DNA of 64,000 nt from the NCBI GenBank assembly GCA_044344595.1, contig JBIJCR010000003.1, positions 5,960 through 69,959 of the forward strand, read 5' to 3'. Position numbers and translations under genes: made by a program. The notes under the pieces are model-generated. The model saw only the letters and a program-made list of their open reading frames with translations, was not told where the DNA came from and did no database searches. The stretch comes from Terrimicrobiaceae bacterium (GTDB lineage Bacteria > Verrucomicrobiota > Verrucomicrobiia > Chthoniobacterales > Terrimicrobiaceae). Shown piece by piece: positions 19,241 through 29,495 of the stretch (position 1 is the first letter of the stretch; each line of letters starts with the position of its first letter).

Positions 19241-21664
19241 TCATGCGGCATCTGGGATACGGTCGGGGCACGTTTCTTTTGCAACCCTGACCTCCACCTT
19301 GCCGACCGGCAGCGTGAACAGCACGGCGCTGCCTTCCACTGTGAAGGCAATCGGTTGGCCATTCACCAAAATGGAGGTCTTTGGCGATGGTTCGAACTCC
19401 TTGGCTTCGATTCGCAGGCGACTTGGCTCCAGCGTTGAAGCGCTGAAGGCGATCCCGTGGTCAATCGTCAAGCCGCGCACCACAATGCCAGGTTCGGCCA
19501 GGAAACGCCATTCCTCGCCCACGCTCACTAACGTCCGTTGAGGACCAGCCTCGGCCTCCACCGGTTTGCCTTGCCAGGTGAAGTTGCGCCAGATGGCTTG
19601 CTCTGGCAGGTGAGGATTCCCGAAGCGCACGCCGGCACGCGTGACTTCCGGCGCGAAGATCTCCTCCAGTCCGCAGAGCGGCAGCATTCCCGACCAGACG
19701 TAGCGTAGTTCACGCCCGCCCCACATCTGCACATAGAGAAAGCGGGGGTCAACCTTGCCCTCGGCCGGGTAGTTTTCATAGGCGTGGCCGTGCGCCCGCC
19801 AGTATTCCATGAACTGCTCGCACACGCGGCTGGCGTACTCGGCGGCGAGGTCGTCCCAACCGGCTTCCTTGATGGCCAGGTAGACCATGTACGTGGTGGG
19901 CGGCCAGCAGTTGCCGCGCCAGTAGTTGCCGTTGCCGTCGAGGCCGTCGCGATAGGCGGGATCGTCGCGGCTGACGGTGGGAATCAGGTTGTCGCCCCAG
20001 AACTGTTTTGGGTCGAGGAGCATCTCGCGAAGTCGCGCCTTGACGCTATCATCGGCAATGCCAGCCAAGAGCGGATAAAAAATCGTCATGGCCTTGACGG
20101 GGGAGAAATCGCCATTCCAGAAACGGTCACGATAAAAGCCGTCCTTTTCGCAGAAGAGACGCTCGCGGACGCGGTCGGCGACGCGCTCTGCCTCGCCGCG
20201 CAACCATATCGCGTCAGCGTTGAACCCGAGTCGGTCGGCCCAGCGGGCCATGATTCGGGCGGAAGCAATGTAGAGGCAGTTCTGGCAGAGGAGCGTGACG
20301 GTGAGCGTGCGGCTGGGCCAGTCGAAGTCGACACCGTCGGCGAGCATGCCCAGACGCCCCTCGGTGAAGCCGGCCGAGTAGATCGGAATCTCATCGTAGC
20401 CGGTTTCATCCATGGCCTCCTGGATGAGGATGCCGGGAGCGACATCGGCAGGATTGCCGGATGCGCCAGCCTCAATCAGGCCATCGCCATTGCCGTCGCG
20501 CCAAGGGCGGCCATCACCGCGATCGGCGAACCAAAAGCGCATGAACTCCATCATCACCGGCCAAGTGCGGCGGGCGAGGTCTTCGTCATCGAGAAGATCC
20601 AGGGTGCGGCAGTAGATGACAGGAATAATCAGGTTGCGCTGGGTGGGGCCGTGGGCGATGCCATTTTGCCCGTAGGTCGCGACGATGTGTTCGAGCGAGG
20701 CGGCTCCGAGCCGCGGGTCTTCCCAGGCGGCGATGTAGGAGTCGAAAAAGTTGTCCCAGCCGAAGATCAGGCCGGGCTGGTTGGGGCCGCCCCAGGTGCG
20801 GTTAACGGTGGTCTGGAGCATCTGTCGCTTGGGGTCATAGGTGCGGCTGTAACCGGTCAGGCCTGCGAGTGCCTCCGCCGCGCCGGAAAAAGCACCCATG
20901 CTGCGCATGCGGGAAGCAGCGTATTCCCGCGCGCCATTAGCCAGGCTTTGATCGATCGCTGCGGGATCAATCAGGGGAGCTTCGCCGGCAGCGGCCGAGC
21001 GCGGCTTGAGACGCATGGCGAAGTGCAGCGGTCGGTCGGGGCCGAGTGTAACAGGGTACAAAGCCATCGCGGTCCCCGCCGGTCGGATCACCCCGGCCCA
21101 GGCCTGTTCGGCTTGGAGGCGAGAATCTACAAGTAGCGGCACCTCGACTGAGCCGACGAGAGACATTTCCAGGGCGGAGTCGCCCAGTTCCAGGCGGCAG
21201 TGTGTGGACGTGGCTACAGCCACGGTGGCGGGGGCGAAGCAGCCGTTGACGAAAAGTCCGGCGCGGACCGGCGCATCCGCCGTGTAGCGACCGAGAACCG
21301 TGTCGCCCTCCCGGCGCCACTCCAGAGCGATTGCTGCGGCTTCGCCCGGGGCGAAGTCGTAGACCAGAGGCGCATTGATCGATCGTCGCGGCCAGCCGCC
21401 CAATCGTCGCACCCCTGCCGGCGTGACCGGCACCCGCCAGCGCACTTTTGTGTAACTTTGATCCGGGGCGAATTCTTCCGGGCCATCCATGGTCAGAAGA
21501 ACGTCCTTTTCATCGACAAGTCCCAGAGCAGTGTGAGGGCAGCCCATGCGAATGCCCAAGACATCGGCACCGCAGGCTAGACTGACACCGGACATCCCCT
21601 GTAACTCAAACGCTCCAGCCTCAATCTGCTGGCCGATGTTCTGTCTTTGTTTTTCCATAATCAT
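19241..21664 (-). CDS. (alpha/alpha)6-barrel glycoside hydrolase, GH63/MGH1-like
   Basis: 807 aa. Carries GWDNFFDSYIAAWEDP and NYWRGNCWPPTTYMVYLAIKEAG, which recall trehalase/GH63-type six-hairpin enzymes. The family assignment is by eye only. Confidence 0.65.
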   Translation of the reverse strand: MIMEKQRQNIGQQIEAGAFELQGMSGVSLACGADVLGIRMGCPHTALGLVDEKDVLLTMDGPEEFAPDQSYTKVRWRVPVTPAGVRRLGGWPRRSINAPLVYDFAPGEAAAIALEWRREGDTVLGRYTADAPVRAGLFVNGCFAPATVAVATSTHCRLELGDSALEMSLVGSVEVPLLVDSRLQAEQAWAGVIRPAGTAMALYPVTLGPDRPLHFAMRLKPRSAAAGEAPLIDPAAIDQSLANGAREYAASRMRSMGAFSGAAEALAGLTGYSRTYDPKRQMLQTTVNRTWGGPNQPGLIFGWDNFFDSYIAAWEDPRLGAASLEHIVATYGQNGIAHGPTQRNLIIPVIYCRTLDLLDDEDLARRTWPVMMEFMRFWFADRGDGRPWRDGNGDGLIEAGASGNPADVAPGILIQEAMDETGYDEIPIYSAGFTEGRLGMLADGVDFDWPSRTLTVTLLCQNCLYIASARIMARWADRLGFNADAIWLRGEAERVADRVRERLFCEKDGFYRDRFWNGDFSPVKAMTIFYPLLAGIADDSVKARLREMLLDPKQFWGDNLIPTVSRDDPAYRDGLDGNGNYWRGNCWPPTTYMVYLAIKEAGWDDLAAEYASRVCEQFMEYWRAHGHAYENYPAEGKVDPRFLYVQMWGGRELRYVWSGMLPLCGLEEIFAPEVTRAGVRFGNPHLPEQAIWRNFTWQGKPVEAEAGPQRTLVSVGEEWRFLAEPGIVVRGLTIDHGIAFSASTLEPSRLRIEAKEFEPSPKTSILVNGQPIAFTVEGSAVLFTLPVGKVEVRVAKETCPDRIPDAA

Positions 21665-21694
21665 TGCTCTTTTTCTCCTTAATAGTGAATATGT

Positions 21695-23998
21695 TTATGC
21701 TAAAGCTTCTGTGTCAGTGCGTGCTGCAACCCATGTTGCGGATTCGCCCGCTCGCAGCGTGTAGCTGGCTGAGGCTCTGGCACAGCGCACCGTCACGGTG
21801 CCGCCGCGGCATGCCAGAATGGACGCCGAGATAAGCTGCCCATTTTCCCAAGCCAGACTGAATTCGAACGCGCCTCGGGACCGCAGGCCACGGACTGTTC
21901 CTCGGGACCACGCGGCGGGCAGGGCCGGGAGCAGCTCCACATGGTCGGCGTGGCTCTGCAAGAGCATCTCGGCGATGGCGGCGGTGGCACCGAAGTTGCC
22001 GTCGATCTGGAACGGCGGATGGTCGTCAAACAGGTTGGGCAGGGTCGACTTGGAGATCAAGGCGCAGAGGTTCTCCCAGGCCTTTGCGCCATCGCCCAGG
22101 CGGGCGAAGAAGTTGATGATCCAAGCGCGGCTCCAGCCGGTGTGCCCCCCGCCGTGGGAGAGGCGACGCTCCAGCGTGCGGGACGCCGCGCGCGCCAACT
22201 CGGGCGTGCGCTCCGGGTGGATCAGGTCGCCGGGATGCAGGGCGAAGAGATGCGAGATGTGCCGGTGCCCGGGCTCCAGTTCCTCGTAGTCCTCGGGCCA
22301 CTCTTGGAGCTGGCCGTGGCGTCCGACCTTGAGCTGCGGCAGCCGCGACCGCACATGCGCGGCCTGCTCCCGCAGTTTGGCATCTGCGCCGAGTAGTGCC
22401 GACGCCTCTTCAAACGCCTGGAAAAGCATGGCAGCGATCGAGCTGTCCATCGTGCTCCCTGCGCAGAGCGTACCCTGCTGGCCGTCGGGCAGGATGTAGA
22501 TATTCTCGGGTGAGACCGTGGGACAGGTCACCAGCTCCCCTTGGTGGTTCTCGATAAGGAACTCCAGCATGAAGCGTGCAGACTCGCGCAGCAGGTCATA
22601 GTGGGTGGCCAAAAAATCACGGTCGAGAGTGTACCGGTAGTGCTCCCAGATGTGGAGGCAGAGCCAGGCACCGCCGGTCGGCCAGTAGGAGGCTGCCAGG
22701 TTTCGGTCGACCGGGCAGCAGTCGCCCCAGAGATCGGTGTTGTGATGGCAGACGAAGCCCGCGCAGTCGTACATGCGCCGAGCGGCGGCGATCCCGTGGG
22801 GAAGCATGGTGCGCAGATGTTCGAAGAGCGGCAGGTGGCACTCGGAGAGGTTGCATGACTCGGCCGGCCAGTAGTTCATCTGTGTATTGATGTTGACGGT
22901 GTACTTCGATCCCCAGGGCGGCATGAACTCCTGATTCCAGATCCCCTGGAGGTTGGCCGGCAGGCTGCCGGGCCGACTCGCGGCGATGAGCAGGTAGCGG
23001 CCGAAGTGGAAATAGAGCGTGATTAGACCAAGATCGTCGGGACAGGTGCGGAAGGCCTCGAGCCGCCGGTCAAGCGGCAATGCCGCCGCGTGGGTGCCGG
23101 CTTCGTCGTCCAGCGTCAGTTCCACGCGGTCGAAGAGCGTTCGGTAATCCGCTTCATGGCGTGCCAGCAACGTGGTCCACCCCCTCTCCACGGCATGGCG
23201 TGCCGTCTTTCGCGCAGTCACGGACGGGTCGGCTTCGCGGAACGAGGTGGATGCCGCGAAGACCAGCAGAACGGCGTCGGCGTTATCGACGATTAGGGTT
23301 TCGCCCAGGATACGAGGAGCCGCGCCCTCTACGGAGACGGCGAGGTGGCCGGCGAAACGCACGCCCTGTTCGCCGCCGGTGGCACCGCGCATGTGAAGCT
23401 CGGCCGACCCTTCGGATCGGATGCTGTCCGCATATCGGCTGGCGTAGTGGTCGCGCGGTCCGCGTTCGATCCGCAAGCGGAAGGAAATGGATCCGGGTTG
23501 ATCGGCGGTCAGGCGCATGGCGACCACCTGGTCAGGCGCGCTGGCGAGGACTTCGCGCCGGTGGTTCACACCGCCGAGAGTGTAGGAGACGCGGGCCACG
23601 GCCGCTGCCAGATCCAGCTCGCGGCGATAGTCCGGGGGCGCCTCGTCCGGGCCGATCGCGATGCCGTGGTCGAACTGCAGCAGCAAATCGCAGAGAGGCT
23701 CGTAGTTGCGCATGATGTCGGGCACTCCGGCGATGGCGTCCTGCACCAGCTGCTCGGCTGCCTTCGGCCGCCCCGCGAGAATCAGCCTGCGGATCTCCGC
23801 CAGTTGTGGCAGAGCGTCCGGATTGACGCGGTCGCGCGGACCCCCGCTCCAGAGGCTGTCCTCGTTCAGTTGAAGTCGTTCGTGGGCGATATTGCCGAAG
23901 ACCATCGCCCCCAGGCGACCGCAACCCAGCGGATAGGCCCGGTTCCAGTCCTGGCCGGCCGGCTGGTCATGCCAAAACGTTGTCGCGTTGTTCTTCAC
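21695..23998 (-). CDS. GH95 alpha-L-fucosidase-like
   Basis: The N-terminus (FWHDQPA...[14 protein letters not shown]...[13 protein letters not shown]) and [15 protein letters not shown] are GH95 hallmarks. I prefer the GTG at 23998 as start: it forms a GTGA overlap with the stop of the upstream 176-aa ORF and follows a GGGGAG Shine-Dalgarno-like (SD) motif. TTG at 24025 is the alternative. Confidence 0.88.
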   Translation of the reverse strand: MKNNATTFWHDQPAGQDWNRAYPLGCGRLGAMVFGNIAHERLQLNEDSLWSGGPRDRVNPDALPQLAEIRRLILAGRPKAAEQLVQDAIAGVPDIMRNYEPLCDLLLQFDHGIAIGPDEAPPDYRRELDLAAAVARVSYTLGGVNHRREVLASAPDQVVAMRLTADQPGSISFRLRIERGPRDHYASRYADSIRSEGSAELHMRGATGGEQGVRFAGHLAVSVEGAAPRILGETLIVDNADAVLLVFAASTSFREADPSVTARKTARHAVERGWTTLLARHEADYRTLFDRVELTLDDEAGTHAAALPLDRRLEAFRTCPDDLGLITLYFHFGRYLLIAASRPGSLPANLQGIWNQEFMPPWGSKYTVNINTQMNYWPAESCNLSECHLPLFEHLRTMLPHGIAAARRMYDCAGFVCHHNTDLWGDCCPVDRNLAASYWPTGGAWLCLHIWEHYRYTLDRDFLATHYDLLRESARFMLEFLIENHQGELVTCPTVSPENIYILPDGQQGTLCAGSTMDSSIAAMLFQAFEEASALLGADAKLREQAAHVRSRLPQLKVGRHGQLQEWPEDYEELEPGHRHISHLFALHPGDLIHPERTPELARAASRTLERRLSHGGGHTGWSRAWIINFFARLGDGAKAWENLCALISKSTLPNLFDDHPPFQIDGNFGATAAIAEMLLQSHADHVELLPALPAAWSRGTVRGLRSRGAFEFSLAWENGQLISASILACRGGTVTVRCARASASYTLRAGESATWVAARTDTEALA

Positions 23999-24525
23999 TT
24001 CATCTCCCCGCTCTCCAGATCGCAAACCGTTCCGTCATAAGGGGTCAGCGTATCGCGAAACGCCCAGATCACCGCTGGCTTGTTCTTCTGATCCAGCCAC
24101 CGCTGTGCGTGCCACCCGGCAGCTTCCCCCTGGCCTGTTCCAGCTCTTGCGATTCGTCCCACGTTTGGGCATCGGTCCCCGGCAAACTGCGGCGGCCAGC
24201 CAGCCGGGGATACTTTTTCGGACTGATCCGGTCGGTACTCATCATCTGGCTTTTGGTCAGCAAGCATGGACTGCAATTCAGCAGCCCAAGCGCGTCTTCG
24301 TTCCGCACTGTGTCGACCCACAGTCTCCGGCGGAAATTGTCGTTTTCGAACCCATTCAACGCCGCCTGGCTCACGCTTGACCTGTTTGATTTGTTGCAAC
24401 ATTTCTTTGCCATAGCCGCTGCGCATACGGCCGCTCCAGCGCCCGATGTATCCTGCATCCCACGGATCGCGATTGGCCTCGCACAGCATTTCCGTTACCC
24501 GACCAGATGCTCTCCTTTGGATCAT
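23995..24525 (-). CDS. Hypothetical Trp-rich 176-aa protein nested between GH38 and GH95
   Basis: The ORF exactly fills the gap. Its ATG (24525) overlaps the GH38 TGA stop (ATGA), and its own TGA overlaps the GH95 GTG start (GTGA). I recognise no motif. Third-position GC looks lower than in the neighbours. Confidence 0.5.
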   Translation of the reverse strand: MIQRRASGRVTEMLCEANRDPWDAGYIGRWSGRMRSGYGKEMLQQIKQVKREPGGVEWVRKRQFPPETVGRHSAERRRAWAAELQSMLADQKPDDEYRPDQSEKVSPAGWPPQFAGDRCPNVGRIARAGTGQGEAAGWHAQRWLDQKNKPAVIWAFRDTLTPYDGTVCDLESGEMK

Positions 24526-27500
24526 TTCAGCGCCACAGTCCGGATTTGGAAGGGGGTCAAATCAACGGCTATGCTGTTGCCTTGCAGGCGCAGTTTGTTG
24601 ATTGAGCGTTCACGCAAATCGACCGCCTCCGCGCGGCGCACAGGCAGGGCTGTGGTGAGTCGGGTCGAGGCCGTTGCGCCATGAGCCTCGTACAAACGAA
24701 CAACAATGCCGTCGCCGCGCTCGGCCGGCTTGACCGCCTCGATCACTGCATAGGGCGAGTCGACGCTGAGCAGCGACTGCGCCGATGGACGCGTTCCAGC
24801 ATGGCTGGCGACCGCACGGACGAGCAGTGGTGTGTTCAATTCGTAACCGGCCCGCACCACGCCGGCCGTATGATCGCCGGCATGTGGCAGGACAGCCCAG
24901 GTAATGGCGTGGGTGCGGCCGATATCGGCGCGCGGATCGGGAGTCTTGGGCGCGCGCAGCAGGGACAGGCCGACGCGGGAACCGAGCATGTCGTGTCCAT
25001 AGCGACCATTGTTCAGCAGAGCGACACCGTAGCCGGTCTCCGAAAGATCGACCCAACGATGGGCGCAGACTTCGAAACGGGCCTGGTCCCACGTGGTGTT
25101 GCGGTGGGTTGGACGGCGGACGTGTCCGAATTGAATCTCGCAGCGGGCCTCGTCGGTATGCACGGCCATCGGCACGTCGGCTTTGAGCAGCACATTGCGC
25201 TCCTCGCCCCAGGCAATGCGGGCGTCGAACGTGACCTGAGGCGAGCCTGCCTCCAGAATGATGTCCAGCTCGATGTGAGACTGTGAGAGACGGCGCGTCT
25301 GGCGCAGCACCGTGCGGATGGCGTTGGACTCGATGATCTCGGACGAGAGCAGTTCCCCATCGCGCTCCAGCACCTTGTCGCGGGCAAAATGCTCGACGTC
25401 CCAAGCGTCCCAAGAGTTGGGAATGTCCTCCAGGAGGGTGAGGCTGATCCGTTCGCCATCCTTGAGCACCTCGCGCCCGTGGCGCAAGTCGCGGATCGAG
25501 ATAACGCATCCTTGGCGATCCAGCCGCACGCGAACCAAGCCGTTGTCGAGCGTGTCGGGCACCGCTTCTTTGGCCGACCAAGCTTGGGGAAGAATGTGAT
25601 AGACCGCATGGCCCATGGCAGGAACTGTGGCACGCATGCGGTAGCGGCCATCATGTCCCCGCATCACGGGGAGTCGGGTCCCATCGGGCGCCAGCGCCGT
25701 TGCGCTGGATCCACCGCGCAGACTCGGAAGTTCGAGTTCAGCGACGGAGGTTCGCTCCCATGAAAGGGTATTGACCAGCAGCACCGCCTGACCCTCGCCA
25801 CGGGTGTCGATGTCGGCGGCGTAGGCCTCCAGAGCCTGGTCTCGAACGTGCTCTGCCGTGGCTATGGCACGCTGCAGCTCGGCCTCGGCTTGAGTGTGGA
25901 CCAAGGTGATCGATGAACCGGGTAGGATGTCGTGGAACTGGTTGTTCAGCACCAGACGCCAGGCCTTGTGCAAATCACCGGTCTTCCGGCCGGCGTGTGT
26001 TCCCCAAGCGAGGCAGGAGAGCACTTCGGCATCGCGCAGTGCGCCTTCGGCTCGTCGGTTGAGCCGTTTGGTCTCGGCTTGCGTGGTGAGAGTGCCGCGA
26101 TGCAGTTCAAGATACAGCTCTCCGCACCAGGAGGGCAGGACGTCACGCCGTGCCTCCAAGGCGGCGAAGAAATTATCGGGCGTCCCCGGCGCGACTTTCG
26201 GCAGGCCCTCGCAGTCGTGGCTGCGACGCACCCTTTCGAGCATGTCGCGTGTGACACCACCGCCTCCATCGCCAAAGCCGAAGAGCAATAGTTGATCGGC
26301 GACGCGATCCTTCTCGCGATGTCTGCCCTGGGCCTCGATCATCTGCTTGGGCAAAACCTCGGAGCAATAGGTGTTGCTGGGTGAGAAATGCGTCAGCACC
26401 TTGCTGCCGTCGATGCCCTGCCAGTGGAAGCTGTGGTAGGGGAACTCGTTAATAGTGTTCCACGATATTTTCTGGGTCAGGAAGCGTTCGATGCCGGCCA
26501 GCTTGAGAATCTGAGGCATGGAGGCACTGTAGCCGAATACGTCGGGTAGCCAGCACTCGCGCGGGGTGACTCCGAAGTTATCTTCGAAATACCCGATGCC
26601 ATGAATGAGCTGCCTGACCAGACTCTCGCCTCCAGTGATCTGGCAGTCCGGCTCGACCCACATGCCGCCGACCGGAATCCAGCGACCCTCGCGCACCCGC
26701 CGGGCAATGCGCCGCCACAATGTCGGATAGCGTTCGCGCACAAATTCGTAGAGCAGCGGCTGGCTCTGGCAGAAGACAAATTCCGGGTACTCTTCCATCA
26801 GTGCCAACATGGTCGAGAAGGTCCGTCCGCACTTGCGCCGGGTTTCGGCCATAGGCCACAACCATGCGCAGTCGATGTGTGAATGGCCGACGGCGGTGAA
26901 GCGTTGGGCCGAGGCGTTCGCGGGGCTGGCCAGCAGCGGAGCGAGGACCTCCCGAGCGCAGGCGATGGACTGAGGCGAGGAAATCGACTCATCTGTGCGC
27001 AGATCGAGCTCGGCCAATGCAAGATCAATGCCACGAAGGATGAGCCCACGACGGGTGTCGTCCTCGGGTAACGCCGCCGCGAGGTCGCGCAGGAAGCTGA
27101 GATCCTGGCACAGCTGCCACAGTTGGGGATCGAAAGTGGTGATCTCGGGGCTGGTCAGCGTTCCGCCGGGGAAGGTGGTGGTGGTGCCCTCGGGGCTGCC
27201 CCAGAAACTGTTCCCAATCACATATGGTGAGACAGCCTCGACCAGCAATTCGATACGCTCACCTCCCTTGGCGCGTCGGGTCAGGACGTATTCGCCATGG
27301 TTGCTGTCGAGTTCATGCACTGGCTCACCCTCGCGCCAGATGATCGCTTCGCCGGGGCTCCAACACAGATCGACGCGGCTCCCGGCGAACTCACGCGGAA
27401 TGGCAATGCGGAGGCGGAACCAAGAGCTTCCCCACGGCTGCTTGCCCCATGCTGTGCCGGCGGGAGCCGGCCTGAATTTGAGCCGGGCAGCCTGCGCGGG

Positions 27501-27644
27501 AGTCAGATGCTCGGAGCACTCGGCCACCGCCACTTCAACCACTGTCCGTCTCTGTGGACGAAGCCGCTTGTGCAGCCGATCCATACGATGGGCAATCTTC
27601 GGGAAAATCTGCGATGCGAGGCGTTGTTGGGCTTGATCTGTCAT
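24522..27644 (-). CDS. GH38 alpha-mannosidase
   Basis: GHSHIDCAWLWP and NQFHDILPGSSI are GH38 signatures. Start taken as ATG 27644 (MTDQAQQRL); the track extends to 27728. Confidence 0.9.
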   Translation of the reverse strand: MTDQAQQRLASQIFPKIAHRMDRLHKRLRPQRRTVVEVAVAECSEHLTPAQAARLKFRPAPAGTAWGKQPWGSSWFRLRIAIPREFAGSRVDLCWSPGEAIIWREGEPVHELDSNHGEYVLTRRAKGGERIELLVEAVSPYVIGNSFWGSPEGTTTTFPGGTLTSPEITTFDPQLWQLCQDLSFLRDLAAALPEDDTRRGLILRGIDLALAELDLRTDESISSPQSIACAREVLAPLLASPANASAQRFTAVGHSHIDCAWLWPMAETRRKCGRTFSTMLALMEEYPEFVFCQSQPLLYEFVRERYPTLWRRIARRVREGRWIPVGGMWVEPDCQITGGESLVRQLIHGIGYFEDNFGVTPRECWLPDVFGYSASMPQILKLAGIERFLTQKISWNTINEFPYHSFHWQGIDGSKVLTHFSPSNTYCSEVLPKQMIEAQGRHREKDRVADQLLLFGFGDGGGGVTRDMLERVRRSHDCEGLPKVAPGTPDNFFAALEARRDVLPSWCGELYLELHRGTLTTQAETKRLNRRAEGALRDAEVLSCLAWGTHAGRKTGDLHKAWRLVLNNQFHDILPGSSITLVHTQAEAELQRAIATAEHVRDQALEAYAADIDTRGEGQAVLLVNTLSWERTSVAELELPSLRGGSSATALAPDGTRLPVMRGHDGRYRMRATVPAMGHAVYHILPQAWSAKEAVPDTLDNGLVRVRLDRQGCVISIRDLRHGREVLKDGERISLTLLEDIPNSWDAWDVEHFARDKVLERDGELLSSEIIESNAIRTVLRQTRRLSQSHIELDIILEAGSPQVTFDARIAWGEERNVLLKADVPMAVHTDEARCEIQFGHVRRPTHRNTTWDQARFEVCAHRWVDLSETGYGVALLNNGRYGHDMLGSRVGLSLLRAPKTPDPRADIGRTHAITWAVLPHAGDHTAGVVRAGYELNTPLLVRAVASHAGTRPSAQSLLSVDSPYAVIEAVKPAERGDGIVVRLYEAHGATASTRLTTALPVRRAEAVDLRERSINKLRLQGNSIAVDLTPFQIRTVALK

Positions 27645-27912
27645 AATGATTGGTTTCTTCGGGGGCAGCTGGTCGACGATGGCTACCGGCGGTGAAGGGT
27701 TAAAACAAGTCGAAACGGCAGATCCCACCCTTCACCACAGCCATTGCCGAGAATTTCTTTAAGCTGCGACCGGCATGGACGATGATGCTGCATCATCTTC
27801 AGTTTCGATGCCTTCGGCAGATTCCACTTTGAGCAAGGGCGATTGTAACAGCGTGGACTCATTCCGGTCCCACGCCGGGGAGGCGGATTGTGGAAGTCTT
27901 TCTTTTGGTCGT

Positions 27913-29343
27913 TCAACCTCTCTCCTTCAGGTCGTATTCCGCAAGGATATAGGGATGTCCCGGTTGGTAGCGCGTGAGGGTCACCGGGTTTTCCACCCGA
28001 CCGCAAGGACGAAGGTTGCGCCCGGTGACGCCGGTCGCGCTGTCACCCAGGTCAATCCGGCACGCGGCGGCTTCCTGCAGCAAATCCTCCACGATCGCGG
28101 GATACTCATTGCTGACACTGCGGCTCTCAGCGACGTCGTTTTCCAGGTCGTATAATTCCTGAACGGGTTTGCCATCCTTGAGGAGGTGCAGCTTCCATGT
28201 TCCCTTTCTTACGGCATTCAGGCTGGTGCCTTTGTAATAGAAAAAGGTTTCCCGCGGCGTGTCTGCGGCCTGGCCTGAAAAGAGCATCGGGCTGAGGTCG
28301 TGCCCATCGATCCGCCGGTCCTGGGGCATTGGCACTCCCGCCAAGGCCGCGAAGGTGGGAAGGAAGTCGAGAGAAGCAGAAAGTCCCTCGCAGACCGTTC
28401 CTGCCGGGATGCGGGCCGGCCAGCGCAGGATGCACGGGACGCGTTGGCCACCCTCCCACGTGGTGGCTTTGGTTCCCCGGAGCGGTGCATTACTACCGCC
28501 TTCGCCACGGCAACGGGAGCCGTTGTCGCTGGTGAAAATGACCAACGTGTTTTCGTCGAGTCCCAGGGCACGCAGTTCGGTCATGAGCGCATCCAGCGCC
28601 CAATCCACACAGGCTACCGCCGCGCCATAACGCCCGTTCTTTGATTCGCGCAGAAAGCGATCCGGGACATAGAGAGGGAGGTGGACATAGAGGTGGGAAA
28701 AGTAGAGGAAAAATGGTTTATCGCGATGATCGCGGAGGAAGCGTACCGATTCCTCCACATAGCGTTCGGTGAGTCCTCCCTGTTCCGGTTGCTCCTGGAT
28801 GACGGCTTCGTCCCGGAGCAAGGGGAGGGGTGGATAGGGATCATCCGGCACCTGGCGGCCCATGTCATTGCTATAGGGAAGGCCGTAGTAGCTGTCGAAG
28901 CCGTGCCGGGTGGGAAGAAACTCTTTTTGATCGCCGCAGTGCCATTTGCCGACCATTTTTGTGGCATATCCCCCTTGCTTGAGCAGACGGGCAAGAGTCA
29001 TTTCATCGGGGTTCAATCCCACGCTCTGACCAGGAAAAAGAACCGGACGTCCCTCGAAATCCGCAAAGCCAATTCGCGGTGGATAACACCCCGTCATCAT
29101 CGCGCCACGGGACGGACTGCACACCGGAGAGGCCATGTAAAAATCAGTGAGCCGCAGCCCCTCGGCCGCCAAACGGTCGATAGCTGGGGTCCTATTCAAC
29201 TCGGACCCATAACAGCCCAGATCCCCGTAACCGAGGTCGTCGCAGTTGATGAGAATGATATTCGGCTTGGATGGTGGCTTCATAGGATGGGCAAACTTTA
29301 TACTTAACTCATCCCTTGAGGCGGCCACAAGCCGGGTTGTCAT
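27913..29343 (-). CDS. Cys-type sulfatase (arylsulfatase A-like)
   Basis: PNIILINCDDLGYGDLGCYG, the formylglycine motif CSPSRGAMMTG, and GKWHCG. No signal peptide. Confidence 0.9.
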   Translation of the reverse strand: MTTRLVAASRDELSIKFAHPMKPPSKPNIILINCDDLGYGDLGCYGSELNRTPAIDRLAAEGLRLTDFYMASPVCSPSRGAMMTGCYPPRIGFADFEGRPVLFPGQSVGLNPDEMTLARLLKQGGYATKMVGKWHCGDQKEFLPTRHGFDSYYGLPYSNDMGRQVPDDPYPPLPLLRDEAVIQEQPEQGGLTERYVEESVRFLRDHRDKPFFLYFSHLYVHLPLYVPDRFLRESKNGRYGAAVACVDWALDALMTELRALGLDENTLVIFTSDNGSRCRGEGGSNAPLRGTKATTWEGGQRVPCILRWPARIPAGTVCEGLSASLDFLPTFAALAGVPMPQDRRIDGHDLSPMLFSGQAADTPRETFFYYKGTSLNAVRKGTWKLHLLKDGKPVQELYDLENDVAESRSVSNEYPAIVEDLLQEAAACRIDLGDSATGVTGRNLRPCGRVENPVTLTRYQPGHPYILAEYDLKERG

Positions 29344-29366
29344 AAATAAGACGGCATGGATGTTGA

Positions 29367-29495
29367 CTATTCACGGCTTAAGGCGGCCAGGCGGTCGATG
29401 TTCGGGGTAGGGAGATACCGGTTACCGGCGCAGCTCAGCGAGTCGTGCCGCAGTTCGTCCGCTTTGATTACAATCAGATTGATGGGCAGAGTCAT
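29367..29495 (-). pseudogene. 42-codon relic of a sulfatase N-terminus
   Basis: My translation: MTLPINLIVIKADELRHDSLSCAGNRYLPTPNIDRLAALSRE*. It aligns with the sulfatase N-terminal block (compare PNILFLFPDQHRPDWLGCAGN..RTPHIDRLAA in the next gene). Its ATG overlaps the upstream sulfatase stop (ATGA). It ends at TAG 29367-29369, before any C-x-P-x-R motif. Confidence 0.5.
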
